Shown here: positions 38,303-48,122 of the stretch, piece after piece
Layout: each line of letters opens with the position of its first letter
Position numbering within the stretch: the first letter of the stretch is position 1
From: Candidatus Eiseniibacteriota bacterium
GTDB taxonomy: Bacteria; Eisenbacteria; RBG-16-71-46; CAIMUX01; VGJL01
Length of the DNA: 64,000 bases
Direction: 5' to 3'
Assembly (NCBI GenBank): GCA_963792585.1
Contig: CAWBWI010000005.1
Coordinates: 32,001 to 96,000, forward strand
Notes under the pieces: model-generated
What the model was told of the DNA's origin: nothing
Database searches by the model: none
Seen by the model: only the letters and a program-made list of their open reading frames with translations
Translations under genes and position numbers: made by a program

Positions 38303-41149
38303 ATGGACGCCTGCCAGCTTCGGGGGGTGCGAACCCACAATCTGAAGGGAATCGATGTCTCGATACCCTTCGGCCAGATGACGGTGATCACAGGGGTTTC
38401 CGGCTCGGGGAAGTCGAGCCTCGCGTTCGACACGATTTACGCGGAAGGGCAGCGCCGTTTCGTCGACTGTCTTGCCACCTATGCGCGGCAGTTCCTCGAG
38501 CGGCTCGACCGTCCCGACGCCGATTTCATCGGCCGTCTCGAGCCTCCCCTGGCGCTGAAGCAGTCCACGTCGGTGCGCAACGCCCGCTCGACCGTCGGCA
38601 CGATGAGCGAAATCTCCGACTACCTGCAGTTGCTCTTCGCGCATGCTGGCGAGCCGCATTGCGTCGCCTGCGGGGCGCCGATCGTCGCAGAGACGATCGA
38701 AACCGCCGCAGGGCGACTCCTCCTCCGCACCGCGGAGGAATCCGTCTGCGTCGTCGCCCCCGTCGCCCGGGATCGCCTCGGAGGCTCCGGGATCCGCGGA
38801 CTCCTGCAGCAGGGTTACACGCGGACCCTCTGGGCCGGCGAGATCGTCGACTGGCCCGATGCGTGGACTGCGGACGAGCCGTCGGGAATCCCCGACTCGA
38901 TCGACGTCGTCGTCGACCGCTTCCCGCGAAGCAAGGCGCGACGCGCCCGCGCGGTCGAGGCGATCGGCGGAGCGTGGCGACTCGGGCAGGGAATTGCAGC
39001 CCTCTACGCGATCGAGGGCGCGAGCCCCGTCATCCTTCGTGACCGTCTGCGCGAGGGGGCGATCTGCCGTGCGTGCGGAACGGTCGGCGAATCCCCATCG
39101 CGCGCCCTCTTCTCCGCGAACAACCCGATCGGCGCGTGCCCCGATTGCCAGGGATTCGGCCGGACCGTCGTGATCGACCCCGACAAGGTCGTTCCCGATC
39201 CGCGCCGAACGCTCCGCAACGACGCGATCCTCCCCTTCCGCATGCCGTCCCGCCGCGCTCTCTACCGAAGAATGATCCGGCTCGCGCCCGAGGCGGAGGT
39301 CCGCACGGAGACTCCTTGGTGCGATCTCGCCGAACGCGAACGGCGCTGGGTCTTCGAGGGCGGACCCCGCTATCCCGGCGTCCTCGGCCTCTTCGCGCGC
39401 CTGGAGAAGAAGCGCTACAAGATGCACGTGCGGATCCTGCTCGCGCGATTCCGCGGCTACGTCCCCTGTGTGGCGTGTGGAGGAACCCGGCTCAAGGCGG
39501 CAGCATTGGGCGTGCGGATCGGCGGCAAGAATCTGGCCGAGATCTCCGGCACGCCGATCACGGAGCTGCGATCCTTCTTCGACGGCTTGACGCTCCCCGC
39601 CGCGCGCGAGGCGCGCGTGCGCGCGGTCCTCCGCGAGATCCGTGCCAGGCTCCAATGCCTCGACGACGTCGGCCTGGGGTATCTCGACCTCGGCCGCACG
39701 GCGCGCACCCTCTCCGGAGGGGAGACGCAACGCCTGCGCCTCGCATCCGGAATGGGAGCATCGCTCACCCGAACCCTTTACATCCTCGACGAACCGACCG
39801 TCGGCCTGCATGCGCGCGACGCCTCCCGGGTGCTCGGCGTGCTGCAGCGCATCTGCCGCGCGGGAAATACGGTCATCGTCGTCGAGCACGACCCTGCGGT
39901 GATCGACGGAGCGGATCATCTGATCGTGCTTGGACCCGAGGGAGGCGAGAAGGGGGGCGAAAGGCTCTTCGAAGGCCCACCCCGCGACTTTCTACGTGCA
40001 AATCCCGGTTTCTTCCGCGTGGAACGCAGGACGCAACCGGCCGCTCCCTCCGGCGCGTCCCCGATGCTCACCCTCCGGGGTCTCTCCGCGCACAACCTGA
40101 AGATCGAGGAACTCGCGATTCCGCTGCGCGGACTCGTGGCCGTCAGCGGAGTGTCCGGCTCCGGCAAGTCGACCCTGCTCGACGAGGTGATCTACCGCAA
40201 CGGACGGCGATTCCATGGATTGCCGGTTGAGGAAGTGGGCGCGGCCCGCGCGATCGAAGGGTACCAGGCCGTCGAAGAGGTCCTGCTGATCGGACAGGAC
40301 CCGCTCGGGCGCTCGACGCGATCGAACGCGGTCTCGTTCGTGAAGGTGCTGCCGCTGGTCCGCGACCTGTTCGCGCGCACGCCGGATGCAAAGAGGCGCT
40401 CGCTCAAGTCGCGCGACTTCAGCTTCAACGTCCCGGGAGGACGCTGCGAGATCTGCAAGGGTATCGGGACCGTCGTACTCGAAATGCACTTCCTGCCGGA
40501 TGTCGAGGTCACCTGCGAGGCCTGCAATGGACGGCGCTTCCGAGAGGACGTCCTCGAGGTCTCATATCGCGGCCGGACGATCACCGGCGTTCTCGATCTG
40601 ACCGCGGATGAGGCGGCCGAGGCGTTCGCCGACCGGCCGGAGATCGTGCGTCGCCTCCAACCCCTCCAGGTGGTCGGTCTCGGCTATCTGCGCCTCGGGC
40701 AACCGACCTCGACCCTCTCCGGCGGCGAGGCGCAGCGGCTCAAGCTCGCATCCTTCCTGGCGGAAGGCCAGACAGGCGGGCGACGGCTCTTTCTCTTCGA
40801 CGAGCCGACAACAGGGCTCCACGCGCGCGACGTCGCGCGCCTGCTCGGCGCGCTGCGCGCCCTGATCGCGCGGGGCAACGCGGTGATCGTCGTCGAGCAC
40901 CACCTCGATTTCTTGAGCCACGCCGACTGGGTGATCGACTTGGGGCCGGGTCCCGGGGACGCCGGCGGACGGGTCGTCTACGAAGGCCCGCCCGACGGGC
41001 TGATCCGCTGCGCGGCGTCGCTCACGGGCAAGGCTCTCGCCAAGCACGCGCGCGGGACGACGCAGCCACGCCGTCCCGCGCTTGGTCGATCCCCGGAAAC
41101 CTCGAGCCCTCTATCGAATGCGCAGCATGGGTCGCGACCGCGTTCCTGA
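38303..41149 (+). CDS. uvrA: Excinuclease ABC subunit A (UvrA family)
   Basis: HNLK, GVSGSGKSSLAFDTIYAEGQRR, zinc fingers, two LSGGE signatures, second Walker A GVSGSGKST and DEPTTGLH. Confidence 0.93.
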   Translation: MDACQLRGVRTHNLKGIDVSIPFGQMTVITGVSGSGKSSLAFDTIYAEGQRRFVDCLATYARQFLERLDRPDADFIGRLEPPLALKQSTSVRNARSTVGTMSEISDYLQLLFAHAGEPHCVACGAPIVAETIETAAGRLLLRTAEESVCVVAPVARDRLGGSGIRGLLQQGYTRTLWAGEIVDWPDAWTADEPSGIPDSIDVVVDRFPRSKARRARAVEAIGGAWRLGQGIAALYAIEGASPVILRDRLREGAICRACGTVGESPSRALFSANNPIGACPDCQGFGRTVVIDPDKVVPDPRRTLRNDAILPFRMPSRRALYRRMIRLAPEAEVRTETPWCDLAERERRWVFEGGPRYPGVLGLFARLEKKRYKMHVRILLARFRGYVPCVACGGTRLKAAALGVRIGGKNLAEISGTPITELRSFFDGLTLPAAREARVRAVLREIRARLQCLDDVGLGYLDLGRTARTLSGGETQRLRLASGMGASLTRTLYILDEPTVGLHARDASRVLGVLQRICRAGNTVIVVEHDPAVIDGADHLIVLGPEGGEKGGERLFEGPPRDFLRANPGFFRVERRTQPAAPSGASPMLTLRGLSAHNLKIEELAIPLRGLVAVSGVSGSGKSTLLDEVIYRNGRRFHGLPVEEVGAARAIEGYQAVEEVLLIGQDPLGRSTRSNAVSFVKVLPLVRDLFARTPDAKRRSLKSRDFSFNVPGGRCEICKGIGTVVLEMHFLPDVEVTCEACNGRRFREDVLEVSYRGRTITGVLDLTADEAAEAFADRPEIVRRLQPLQVVGLGYLRLGQPTSTLSGGEAQRLKLASFLAEGQTGGRRLFLFDEPTTGLHARDVARLLGALRALIARGNAVIVVEHHLDFLSHADWVIDLGPGPGDAGGRVVYEGPPDGLIRCAASLTGKALAKHARGTTQPRRPALGRSPETSSPLSNAQHGSRPRS

Positions 41150-43768
41150 CGGCGCCTCGATCGTGATGTAATAGACCCCCCCTGGCAGAGCCCGTCCCTG
41201 GTTGTCACGCCCGCTCCATGTCACCGTGTGCGTCCCCGATGGGTACGTTCCCTCCGAGACCACGTCAACCTCGCGTCCCGACACATCGAACGCAGCGATC
41301 CGCACGAGTCCCGGCTTCGGGTTGGAGAAGGTGATCGAGGCGGCGCCGGGCGCAGGGTTCGGCGCAATCCGAAGTGAGAGAGACCGGACGACTTCGGCGC
41401 CGATTCGCACGGAGCCGAGGCGCATGCGCTCGCCTCGACCTTCGATCCACCCAACCGCATACTCGTAGAGGGCGCCGGGCACGACGGTTGCGTCCAGGTA
41501 TTCGTATTCCGGCCCCCCGAGAATCGGCTCGCGGCTGATGCGCTCCCAGCCCGGCTCGTTCTCGCTTCGGCGGTAGAGATCGAAGCCGGTGGTGGTGACA
41601 TCCGCGGACAGAATCCACCGAAGGAGAATCCCCTCGTCGACCGGCTCCGTCGCGAAGCTCTGAAGCAGGATGGGCGTCGGCTCGTAGGGAAGGTCGAACT
41701 TTGCCACGAAGATGTCCGACATTCCGCCGTTGATCGACTGGTCGTAGGCCCCCGGGGTTGTCGGGAATCCCGGCGAATTCGTCCCCCCCACGATGACCGG
41801 GTCCGCGACGGAGTCGAGGGCGATGCCGAAGCCGGCATCGATGGTGCTGGCGCCAAGGAAGCTGCTCCACAGCAGCGATGCGCCCGACGCGCTCAACTGG
41901 CTCACGACCACGTCCCCCGAGCCGTTGAGCGAGGTGTCGTATGCGGCCCCCGCGGTCGGGAAGTCGGCGGAGCCGGTCCACCCGGTAAGGACGGGGTTGT
42001 CGAGAGGATCGAGGACGACATCGGACGCCGCGTCGTTGCTGCTGCCGCCGAGATACGTGGACCAGGCCAGCGTGAGGCCGTTTGCAGCCACCGACGTCAC
42101 GAACATGTCCAGGCTTGCCCCGTTGTAGGATGTGTCGTATGCCCCGCTCGTCGTCGGGAAATCGGTGGACGACGTGTGCCCAACGACCACGGCGTTTTCG
42201 TTGGAATCGAGTTTCACGTCCTCTGGGGCATCGCTACCCGATCCACCCAGGAAGGTGCTCCAGAGGAGCGCGTTGCCGGCCGCACTGAACTTCGTGACAA
42301 AGCCATCGTCCGAACCGCCCATAATCCCGTCGAAAGCCCCGGAGGTCGTCGGGAAATCGGCCGAGTCGGTCATACCGACCACGACCGGATTGCCGCTGGA
42401 ATCGACCGTGATGGCGTCGCCCCTGGTGAAGCTGCTCCCTTCGAGGTAGGAGCCCCAGAGGAGCGTCGTGCCGGTGGCGTTCATCTTGGCGACGAAGGCG
42501 GCCACGTTACCGTTGAACGATGTGTCGTACGCGCCCGCCGTCGCGGGGAAGTCTCCTGTCGCCGATCCGGTGACGTAGACATCCCCGGCTGCGTCGAGTG
42601 CCAAACCGAATCCCATACCCGACGCGTTCGTCCATAGGAATGTGCTCCAGATCAGAGCGTTGCCGGATGCACTGAGTTTGGTCAGGAAGTACTCGACCCA
42701 CGTGTTGGTTTGGTTGTAGGCGCCCGCTGTTGTCGGGAAATCCCCGGAGTAGGTCCGTCCCAAGAGGACGGGATTCGAGGCTCCATCGAGGGCGATCGCC
42801 TGGCCGTCGTTGTACTCGTCGCCGCTCCCCCCCAGAAACGTGCACCAGACGAGCGCGCTTCCGGACGGGTTGAACTTCGCAACGAAGATGTCCGGTGAGC
42901 CGAGGGTGGTATCGTAGGCCCCTGTGGTGACGGGAAAGTCCGCGGAGTCGGTGGTGCCCGTCACGATCGGCTCATCCGAAGCGCTGACGCCGATGTCGCC
43001 GACCTCGGCGTCGTGCCCGTTGCCTCCCAGGAAGGTGCTCCAGAGCAGGCTCGCCGGGTTGTCCATGGCGCGCTCCGCATCGGCCGGATGAAGAGTGTCC
43101 TTTGCGATCCCGGCTGCGGGGAATGTCAGGTGGCCCTCGCCGGAAGTCCCGGTAGGTCGTGAATCCTCGACCGCGCCCGCGGAGGTCTCGATTCGCAGGA
43201 TCCCGTCCATCCCCGGCTCCACGCGGTCCGCACCCTCGTAGCGAAAGCACGCCCGGCTCGCATCCGCTCCGCCGCGCGCGATCAGCTTGTACTGGATCCC
43301 CTCCGGCTCCTCGCGATAGACGAGGTCGATCCCCGGCCAGAGATCCTTGTAGACCACCTCGGAGTAGACGGGAACATCAGTGCGCCACGCGGAGGCGTCA
43401 CTGCCCAGGAAGAAATTGTATCGGGTCGGCAGCGCCGCGCGCGCTTCGATCACGGGCATGGGATTCGCGGCTTCGAACGTGAGCCGCACCGCGCACCCAC
43501 GGAGGCGCTGCTCCCGCGTCGGCTCCTTGCGATCCATGATCACGCCTCCGGCGGTGAAGTAGACAGACACGCCCGCTCCTCGAGCGTAGTACCGCACGGA
43601 GCCGTCGACCTGTCCCCGGTTCTCGATGAACCCGCGGGGCGCGGTGATCCCCATTCGCGCCGGGTGCGTCCCGGCCGCAGGGCACTCCGCAGGAATCGAT
43701 CCGAGCGCTGCGACCGTCATGCACGCGAGCGCGAATGTACCGACGGAACCGATCAGACGATGTTTCAT
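41111..43768 (-). CDS. Secreted SBBP beta-propeller repeat protein with FlgD/T9SS-like tail
   Basis: Signal peptide, FIENRGQ N-domain, seven DFPTT.GAYD-type repeats with W.TFLGG, and tail PNP...FDVSGR...WSGRD..G..LPGGVY. Confidence 0.9.
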   Translation of the reverse strand: MKHRLIGSVGTFALACMTVAALGSIPAECPAAGTHPARMGITAPRGFIENRGQVDGSVRYYARGAGVSVYFTAGGVIMDRKEPTREQRLRGCAVRLTFEAANPMPVIEARAALPTRYNFFLGSDASAWRTDVPVYSEVVYKDLWPGIDLVYREEPEGIQYKLIARGGADASRACFRYEGADRVEPGMDGILRIETSAGAVEDSRPTGTSGEGHLTFPAAGIAKDTLHPADAERAMDNPASLLWSTFLGGNGHDAEVGDIGVSASDEPIVTGTTDSADFPVTTGAYDTTLGSPDIFVAKFNPSGSALVWCTFLGGSGDEYNDGQAIALDGASNPVLLGRTYSGDFPTTAGAYNQTNTWVEYFLTKLSASGNALIWSTFLWTNASGMGFGLALDAAGDVYVTGSATGDFPATAGAYDTSFNGNVAAFVAKMNATGTTLLWGSYLEGSSFTRGDAITVDSSGNPVVVGMTDSADFPTTSGAFDGIMGGSDDGFVTKFSAAGNALLWSTFLGGSGSDAPEDVKLDSNENAVVVGHTSSTDFPTTSGAYDTSYNGASLDMFVTSVAANGLTLAWSTYLGGSSNDAASDVVLDPLDNPVLTGWTGSADFPTAGAAYDTSLNGSGDVVVSQLSASGASLLWSSFLGASTIDAGFGIALDSVADPVIVGGTNSPGFPTTPGAYDQSINGGMSDIFVAKFDLPYEPTPILLQSFATEPVDEGILLRWILSADVTTTGFDLYRRSENEPGWERISREPILGGPEYEYLDATVVPGALYEYAVGWIEGRGERMRLGSVRIGAEVVRSLSLRIAPNPAPGAASITFSNPKPGLVRIAAFDVSGREVDVVSEGTYPSGTHTVTWSGRDNQGRALPGGVYYITIEAPSGTRSRPMLRIR

Positions 43769-44223
43769 CGATTGCCCCTCCGCGGCCGCCCGTATGGAAC
43801 GCCGCAATGATCTCCGTCGTCCCCGCGCTGGGACGATCGCGAAGGGTCGTCCGCGGACCGGCGATGGAAATGTTCTGCGGCCGCTGTTCGAAGCGAACGG
43901 CGGATTGTACATCGTCCCCCGCAGGCTGTACAGGAGTTGTTGATCGATGCGGTTGCCCGACGTCGGGAATCTTCCAGGTTCCCGGCACGTCGCATTGCGG
44001 GGCGTTCGCGCATCGGTGAAAAAGTAAGGGGCGTTTGTGAATGTTCGTACACGTTCCGCGAATGCGCCGTACAAGACGGCGGCCGGGTCGTCCGGCTTCG
44101 GGAGGCAGCGAGCAGAGAATGGGCCCGAAGGTGTCCGAGCGGAGTACGTTACTGCTTCACGAGTTCGAGGCGTCTGCTCTTCGCACTTGCCTGCGATAGA
44201 GTCATGTTCGCCTCGAACCCGCC

Positions 44224-44257
44224 GATGGTGTCCGTGTGACTAACCACGGACACCATC
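44224..44257. repeat. Perfect 13-bp inverted repeat (terminator or REP-like)
   Basis: GATGGTGTCCGTG-tgactaac-CACGGACACCATC, about 35 bp downstream of the stop at 44293. Confidence 0.75.
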
Positions 44258-44292
44258 TTCAGCCAGCATCTCCTCCAGCCGGAGGCGCTGCA

Positions 44293-45624
44293 TCAACGGG
44301 CCAGGGTGATCCTCCCGACCTGCATCGCTCCCGAACACGTCATGCGCACGAAGTAGACGCCAGGCGCGGCCCGCTGCCCGAGCTCGTTCCTACCGTCCCA
44401 CAGGACCTGCTGCGGGCCGCTCTCGCTCAGGAGCCCGGTCAGTTCCCGAACCGCACGCCCTGCGGCGTCATAGATGGCAATCCTCGTCTGCCCGTCCCGC
44501 GGAGCGTTGTAGACGAGCCGGACCGATCCGGCGAATGGATTCGGCTCGGGATTGATGAAAATGGCGCCGGTCGAGGAACCCGTGGCGACATCCGTGCCGG
44601 TCATCCCACCGGTGATGGTGTGCAGAATCGTCCCGTTCTCCCCGACGGCCGTTCCGATCCAAGGGCTGATGAATTGGATCTTCCCGAGATTCCGATCGCT
44701 AGCGGTCGTCTGCTCCGTCCATGTGGTACCACCATCCGTGGTGACCGCGACGAGCCCCGCATCGCCGGCCACCCAACCGAGGTCGGCACTTTGGAAAGAC
44801 ATGTGGGTGGAGCGGAGGCTCTCGACCGTCTTCAGTGTCCAGTGCGCGCCTCCGTCCATCGATTTCTTCAAGCGCCCCCCCTCGGGGCCGTCTCCTGCGG
44901 GGCCGTAGAAACCGACCTGGGATCCGACGAACTGGACCTCCTGGTTCGGACCCGTCATGGAAGTCACGACCTGGAACGACTGCCCCGCATTCGTCGTCTT
45001 GAAGAGCAAGCCATACTGCGCGTAGTCGTACCTCTGGATCCCGCAGGCGATGAACGCCGTCTGCGCGGAGAGGGCGGCGACATCGAGGGCGAAGGTGGCG
45101 CAAGGATGCCCGTCGTCGTACGAGATGGAACCCCCTGCCCAGTGCGCCCCCGCGTCGATGGTGACCCCGACGGTCGCCAGAGAACCGGCGGGACCGCCCT
45201 CCGAAGAGCCCGCGATCCAAATCGTCTGCGGATCGATCACACAGACGGCGCTGATCGCCGGAGTCTGCTCCTCGTGCCGGATCATCGTCCAGGTCGCGCC
45301 GCCGTCGGCGGTGCGCCAGATCGTGTTCTGCTCACCAACGGCGTATCCGTTGTTCAGATCCGCGAAGTCGATATCTCTCACATCGAGCGACGATCCCAGA
45401 TCCTGTTGAGCCCAGGTCGCCCCCCCGTCGGCGGTACGCAGGATCGTCCCGGAGGCTCCGCAGATCCAACCATTGTCGGCATCCACGAAATCAACGCCCG
45501 TCAGACTGGTGGCCACGGGAGACGTCTGCTGGTACCAGCCCGTCTGGGCAAGAGTGGTTGCAGACGTCAACGGCATTGACAGAGCGAGAAGAAAGTTGGC
45601 GAGAAACAACGTGCGCTTCGACAT
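44293..45624 (-). CDS. Secreted YCF48/BNR-repeat beta-propeller protein with FlgD/T9SS-like tail
   Basis: Signal peptide, repeated T.DGG.TW (Asp-box) and GW..G..G motifs, and tail PNPF...YDAAGR...WDGRN..G....GVYF. Confidence 0.88.
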   Translation of the reverse strand: MSKRTLFLANFLLALSMPLTSATTLAQTGWYQQTSPVATSLTGVDFVDADNGWICGASGTILRTADGGATWAQQDLGSSLDVRDIDFADLNNGYAVGEQNTIWRTADGGATWTMIRHEEQTPAISAVCVIDPQTIWIAGSSEGGPAGSLATVGVTIDAGAHWAGGSISYDDGHPCATFALDVAALSAQTAFIACGIQRYDYAQYGLLFKTTNAGQSFQVVTSMTGPNQEVQFVGSQVGFYGPAGDGPEGGRLKKSMDGGAHWTLKTVESLRSTHMSFQSADLGWVAGDAGLVAVTTDGGTTWTEQTTASDRNLGKIQFISPWIGTAVGENGTILHTITGGMTGTDVATGSSTGAIFINPEPNPFAGSVRLVYNAPRDGQTRIAIYDAAGRAVRELTGLLSESGPQQVLWDGRNELGQRAAPGVYFVRMTCSGAMQVGRITLAR

Positions 45625-45943
45625 TTCACCCCTCCTTGAGCGTCGGCATCATAGTCGGCGGGTGCGAATCATAAAGCACAGGCGACCGGATCCGCGGTCG
45701 GAATGACCAACGGAGCCATGGACACGCTCGCAGTTCACCGCTTCATCGCGGCTCATGCGGCGCCGACGGAATTATAGAGGAACGCGTCGGGAGGTGCCAT
45801 CGAAAGTCGGCTCGGAATTGGGCGCGGAACAGCGAGAGGGTGCGCGGGAGGCAGACGCCCGGACCATCCGCCCGTGGCGTCGAGAGGGGCGGCGGGCAAA
45901 CGCCACCGCCTCTCCCCCGAGATTGCGGAATCCACTGCGGCGC

Positions 45944-46978
45944 CTACGGTTTCGCCTCCTCCACCCGGATCGAACCGGCGCCGGTGTCGATTCTGACCGA
46001 CGCGGCGCCTGCGCCCGTCCTGAAGGTCAGATCGTCGGTCGAACTCTGGTGGATCTGCGCTCCGGGCAGATCGACATCGATCTTCCCGACGCCCGTGTCG
46101 GCCGTGAAGCGCGCCGATGCGCCGGCCGGAACGCGCAGGTCGACCGAACCGCTCCCGGTGTCGATCAGGAAGTCGCCATCACCCATCCGAGAAAGGAGAA
46201 CCGAGACATTGCCACTGCCCGTATCGATCTTCATCGCATCGCACTCGATCTCGGCTGCGCTCACGGAGCCGCTGCCCGTGTCGACATCGAGGTCCTCCGC
46301 GTGACAACGGAACAGGTCCACCGACCCGCTGCCGGTGTCGACCGCCAGCTTGCCGTTGGAATCAGACACCTGGACCTTGCCGCTTCCGGTGTCGATCGAT
46401 AGTTCACCATCGGATCGACGGACCGTGACGGGGCCGCAGTGCGAGTCGAGGAGCATCCCGCCGACGGTTCCCTCCGTCTCGATCGGGCCTGCGCCGTGGC
46501 GAATTTCGAGGCGCTTGCCGCGCGGCAACTTGACCGTGACGTCGGCCCAGATCTCGAGCCCCTTCCCCTTGTTTCCGATCCAGACCCTGTCGTGATTGCC
46601 GGGGATCACGAGACTGAGCCAACCCAATCCGCTCCCCTTGCCTTCGGACACGTCGATCGTCGTGTTGAAATCACTTCCCATCTCGGGGTAGACGAAGCGC
46701 GATTCCTTCTCCACGGGAAAACGGATCGAGAGCCGCGCCTTCTCGCCGTCCGTCTTCTCGAAGGTGATCTTCCCGGGCGCGGCGTCGCGGCCCCTCACCG
46801 AAACGCTCACATCGAAACTCGAGCCGTCGGCAGGCTCGACCCGCACCTTCCCCACGAGGTTTGCGATCACGAGTTCGCCGCCCCCGAAGGCAAAGCTCTG
46901 CTCGATTCCCTCCGCCGAGCCGAGCGTCGCGACCGCACACAGGGCGGCCATCATGAAGAAAGAAATCCGGCACATCAT
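45944..46978 (-). CDS. DUF4097-type beta-strand repeat (adhesin-like) exported protein
   Basis: Signal peptide and repeated IDTGSG.V units; AAGGAG RBS. Confidence 0.82.
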   Translation of the reverse strand: MMCRISFFMMAALCAVATLGSAEGIEQSFAFGGGELVIANLVGKVRVEPADGSSFDVSVSVRGRDAAPGKITFEKTDGEKARLSIRFPVEKESRFVYPEMGSDFNTTIDVSEGKGSGLGWLSLVIPGNHDRVWIGNKGKGLEIWADVTVKLPRGKRLEIRHGAGPIETEGTVGGMLLDSHCGPVTVRRSDGELSIDTGSGKVQVSDSNGKLAVDTGSGSVDLFRCHAEDLDVDTGSGSVSAAEIECDAMKIDTGSGNVSVLLSRMGDGDFLIDTGSGSVDLRVPAGASARFTADTGVGKIDVDLPGAQIHQSSTDDLTFRTGAGAASVRIDTGAGSIRVEEAKP

Positions 46979-46998
46979 TGTCTCCTTCTCAGTCGGCC

Positions 46999-48006
46999 TC
47001 AATCCGACCAGTCCCGAGGCAGCGGTTGGGTGTGCCCCAGGACCGGGTGAGGCCGGTAGGGCGCCTCGAGCCTTACGATCTCGTCGGCGGTTAGTTTCAT
47101 ATCCGCTGCGGCAATGGCGTCCTCCAGGTGCTCGGCCCGGGTCGCTCCGACGATTGGCGCGCTCACGCCGGGCACGCTCAGAAGCCACGCCAGGGCGACT
47201 TGCGCCGGTTTCGCCCCCCTTTGGCGGGCCACATCCAGTAGCACGTCGAGAACGCGGAAATCGTCCTCCTCGAAATAGAGATCGTCAGCGAAGGGATCGG
47301 CTTGGGCGCGCGCCGTCGCCCGGCGCTCGTCGCGGGTGCGGCTGCCGGTCAGGAACCCACGCGCAAGCGGGCTCCAGGGGATCACACCGATCCCTTCCTC
47401 GAGGCACAGCGGGATCATCTCCCGTTCTTCCTCGCGGTAGGCGAGGTTGAAGTGGTTCTGCATCGAGACGAAGCGGGCGAGACTCCGGCTGTCCGAGACG
47501 TGGAGCGCCTTCGCGAACTGCCAGGCGGCCATGCTGCTCGCCCCGATGTACCGCACCTTCCCTGAGCGCACGAGGGCATCGAGCGCCCCCAGCGTCTCCT
47601 CGATCGGCGTCGCCGGATCCCAACGGTGGATCTGGTAGAGATCGATGAAGTCGACCCCGAGCCGCCGCAGAGAGGCATCGCACGCTTCGAGGACGTGCTT
47701 TCGGGAAAGGCCCCCCGCATTCGGGCGCTTTTCGAGCGGGAAGAAGACCTTCGTCGCGAGCACGATCTCCTCCCGCCGCGCCATTTCGCCCAGGAGCCTG
47801 CCTGTCACCTCTTCGCTCACGCCCCGCGAGTACATGTCGGCGGTGTCGAAGAAGTTGATCCCGGCGTCGAGCGCCCTGCGAAAGTGGGGTCGCGCCGCCG
47901 CCTCATCGAGAACCCACGGCCTCCACGCCGGGTCGCCGTAGCTCATGCAGCCGAGCGCGATTCGCGAGACCTTCAGACCGGTGGAACCGAGTCGCACGTA
48001 GTCCAT
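46999..48006 (-). CDS. Aldo/keto reductase
   Basis: LGCMSYG, FFDTADMY, LATKV, IDLYQIHR, VRYIGAS and IPWSPLARG. Confidence 0.95.
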   Translation of the reverse strand: MDYVRLGSTGLKVSRIALGCMSYGDPAWRPWVLDEAAARPHFRRALDAGINFFDTADMYSRGVSEEVTGRLLGEMARREEIVLATKVFFPLEKRPNAGGLSRKHVLEACDASLRRLGVDFIDLYQIHRWDPATPIEETLGALDALVRSGKVRYIGASSMAAWQFAKALHVSDSRSLARFVSMQNHFNLAYREEEREMIPLCLEEGIGVIPWSPLARGFLTGSRTRDERRATARAQADPFADDLYFEEDDFRVLDVLLDVARQRGAKPAQVALAWLLSVPGVSAPIVGATRAEHLEDAIAAADMKLTADEIVRLEAPYRPHPVLGHTQPLPRDWSD

Positions 48007-48122
48007 GGTGTGATCTCCTCGTCGGAGATCCTAGCACGCGGGACCATATTGGAACTTTCGGCCGCGCCGGGGCCCGTCTACAATCATTCGCGGAAGATCG
48101 GACACCCGATGAGGAGGACCAA

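Noticed and set aside
41700..43060. DNA-level repeats suggesting an array or diversity-generating element
   Set aside because: They are the degenerate coding repeats of SBBP propeller blades; no reverse transcriptase or template/variable repeat pair was seen.
44036..44057. LexA/SOS box (GTTCGTACACGTTC)
   Set aside because: Spacing fits neither GAAC-N4-GTTC nor GTTC-N7-GTTC, and it is not upstream of uvrA.
45960..46400. Recurring CCGGTGTCGA/CCCGTGTCGA motif
   Set aside because: Encodes the DTGSG beta-strand repeats of the DUF4097-type protein.
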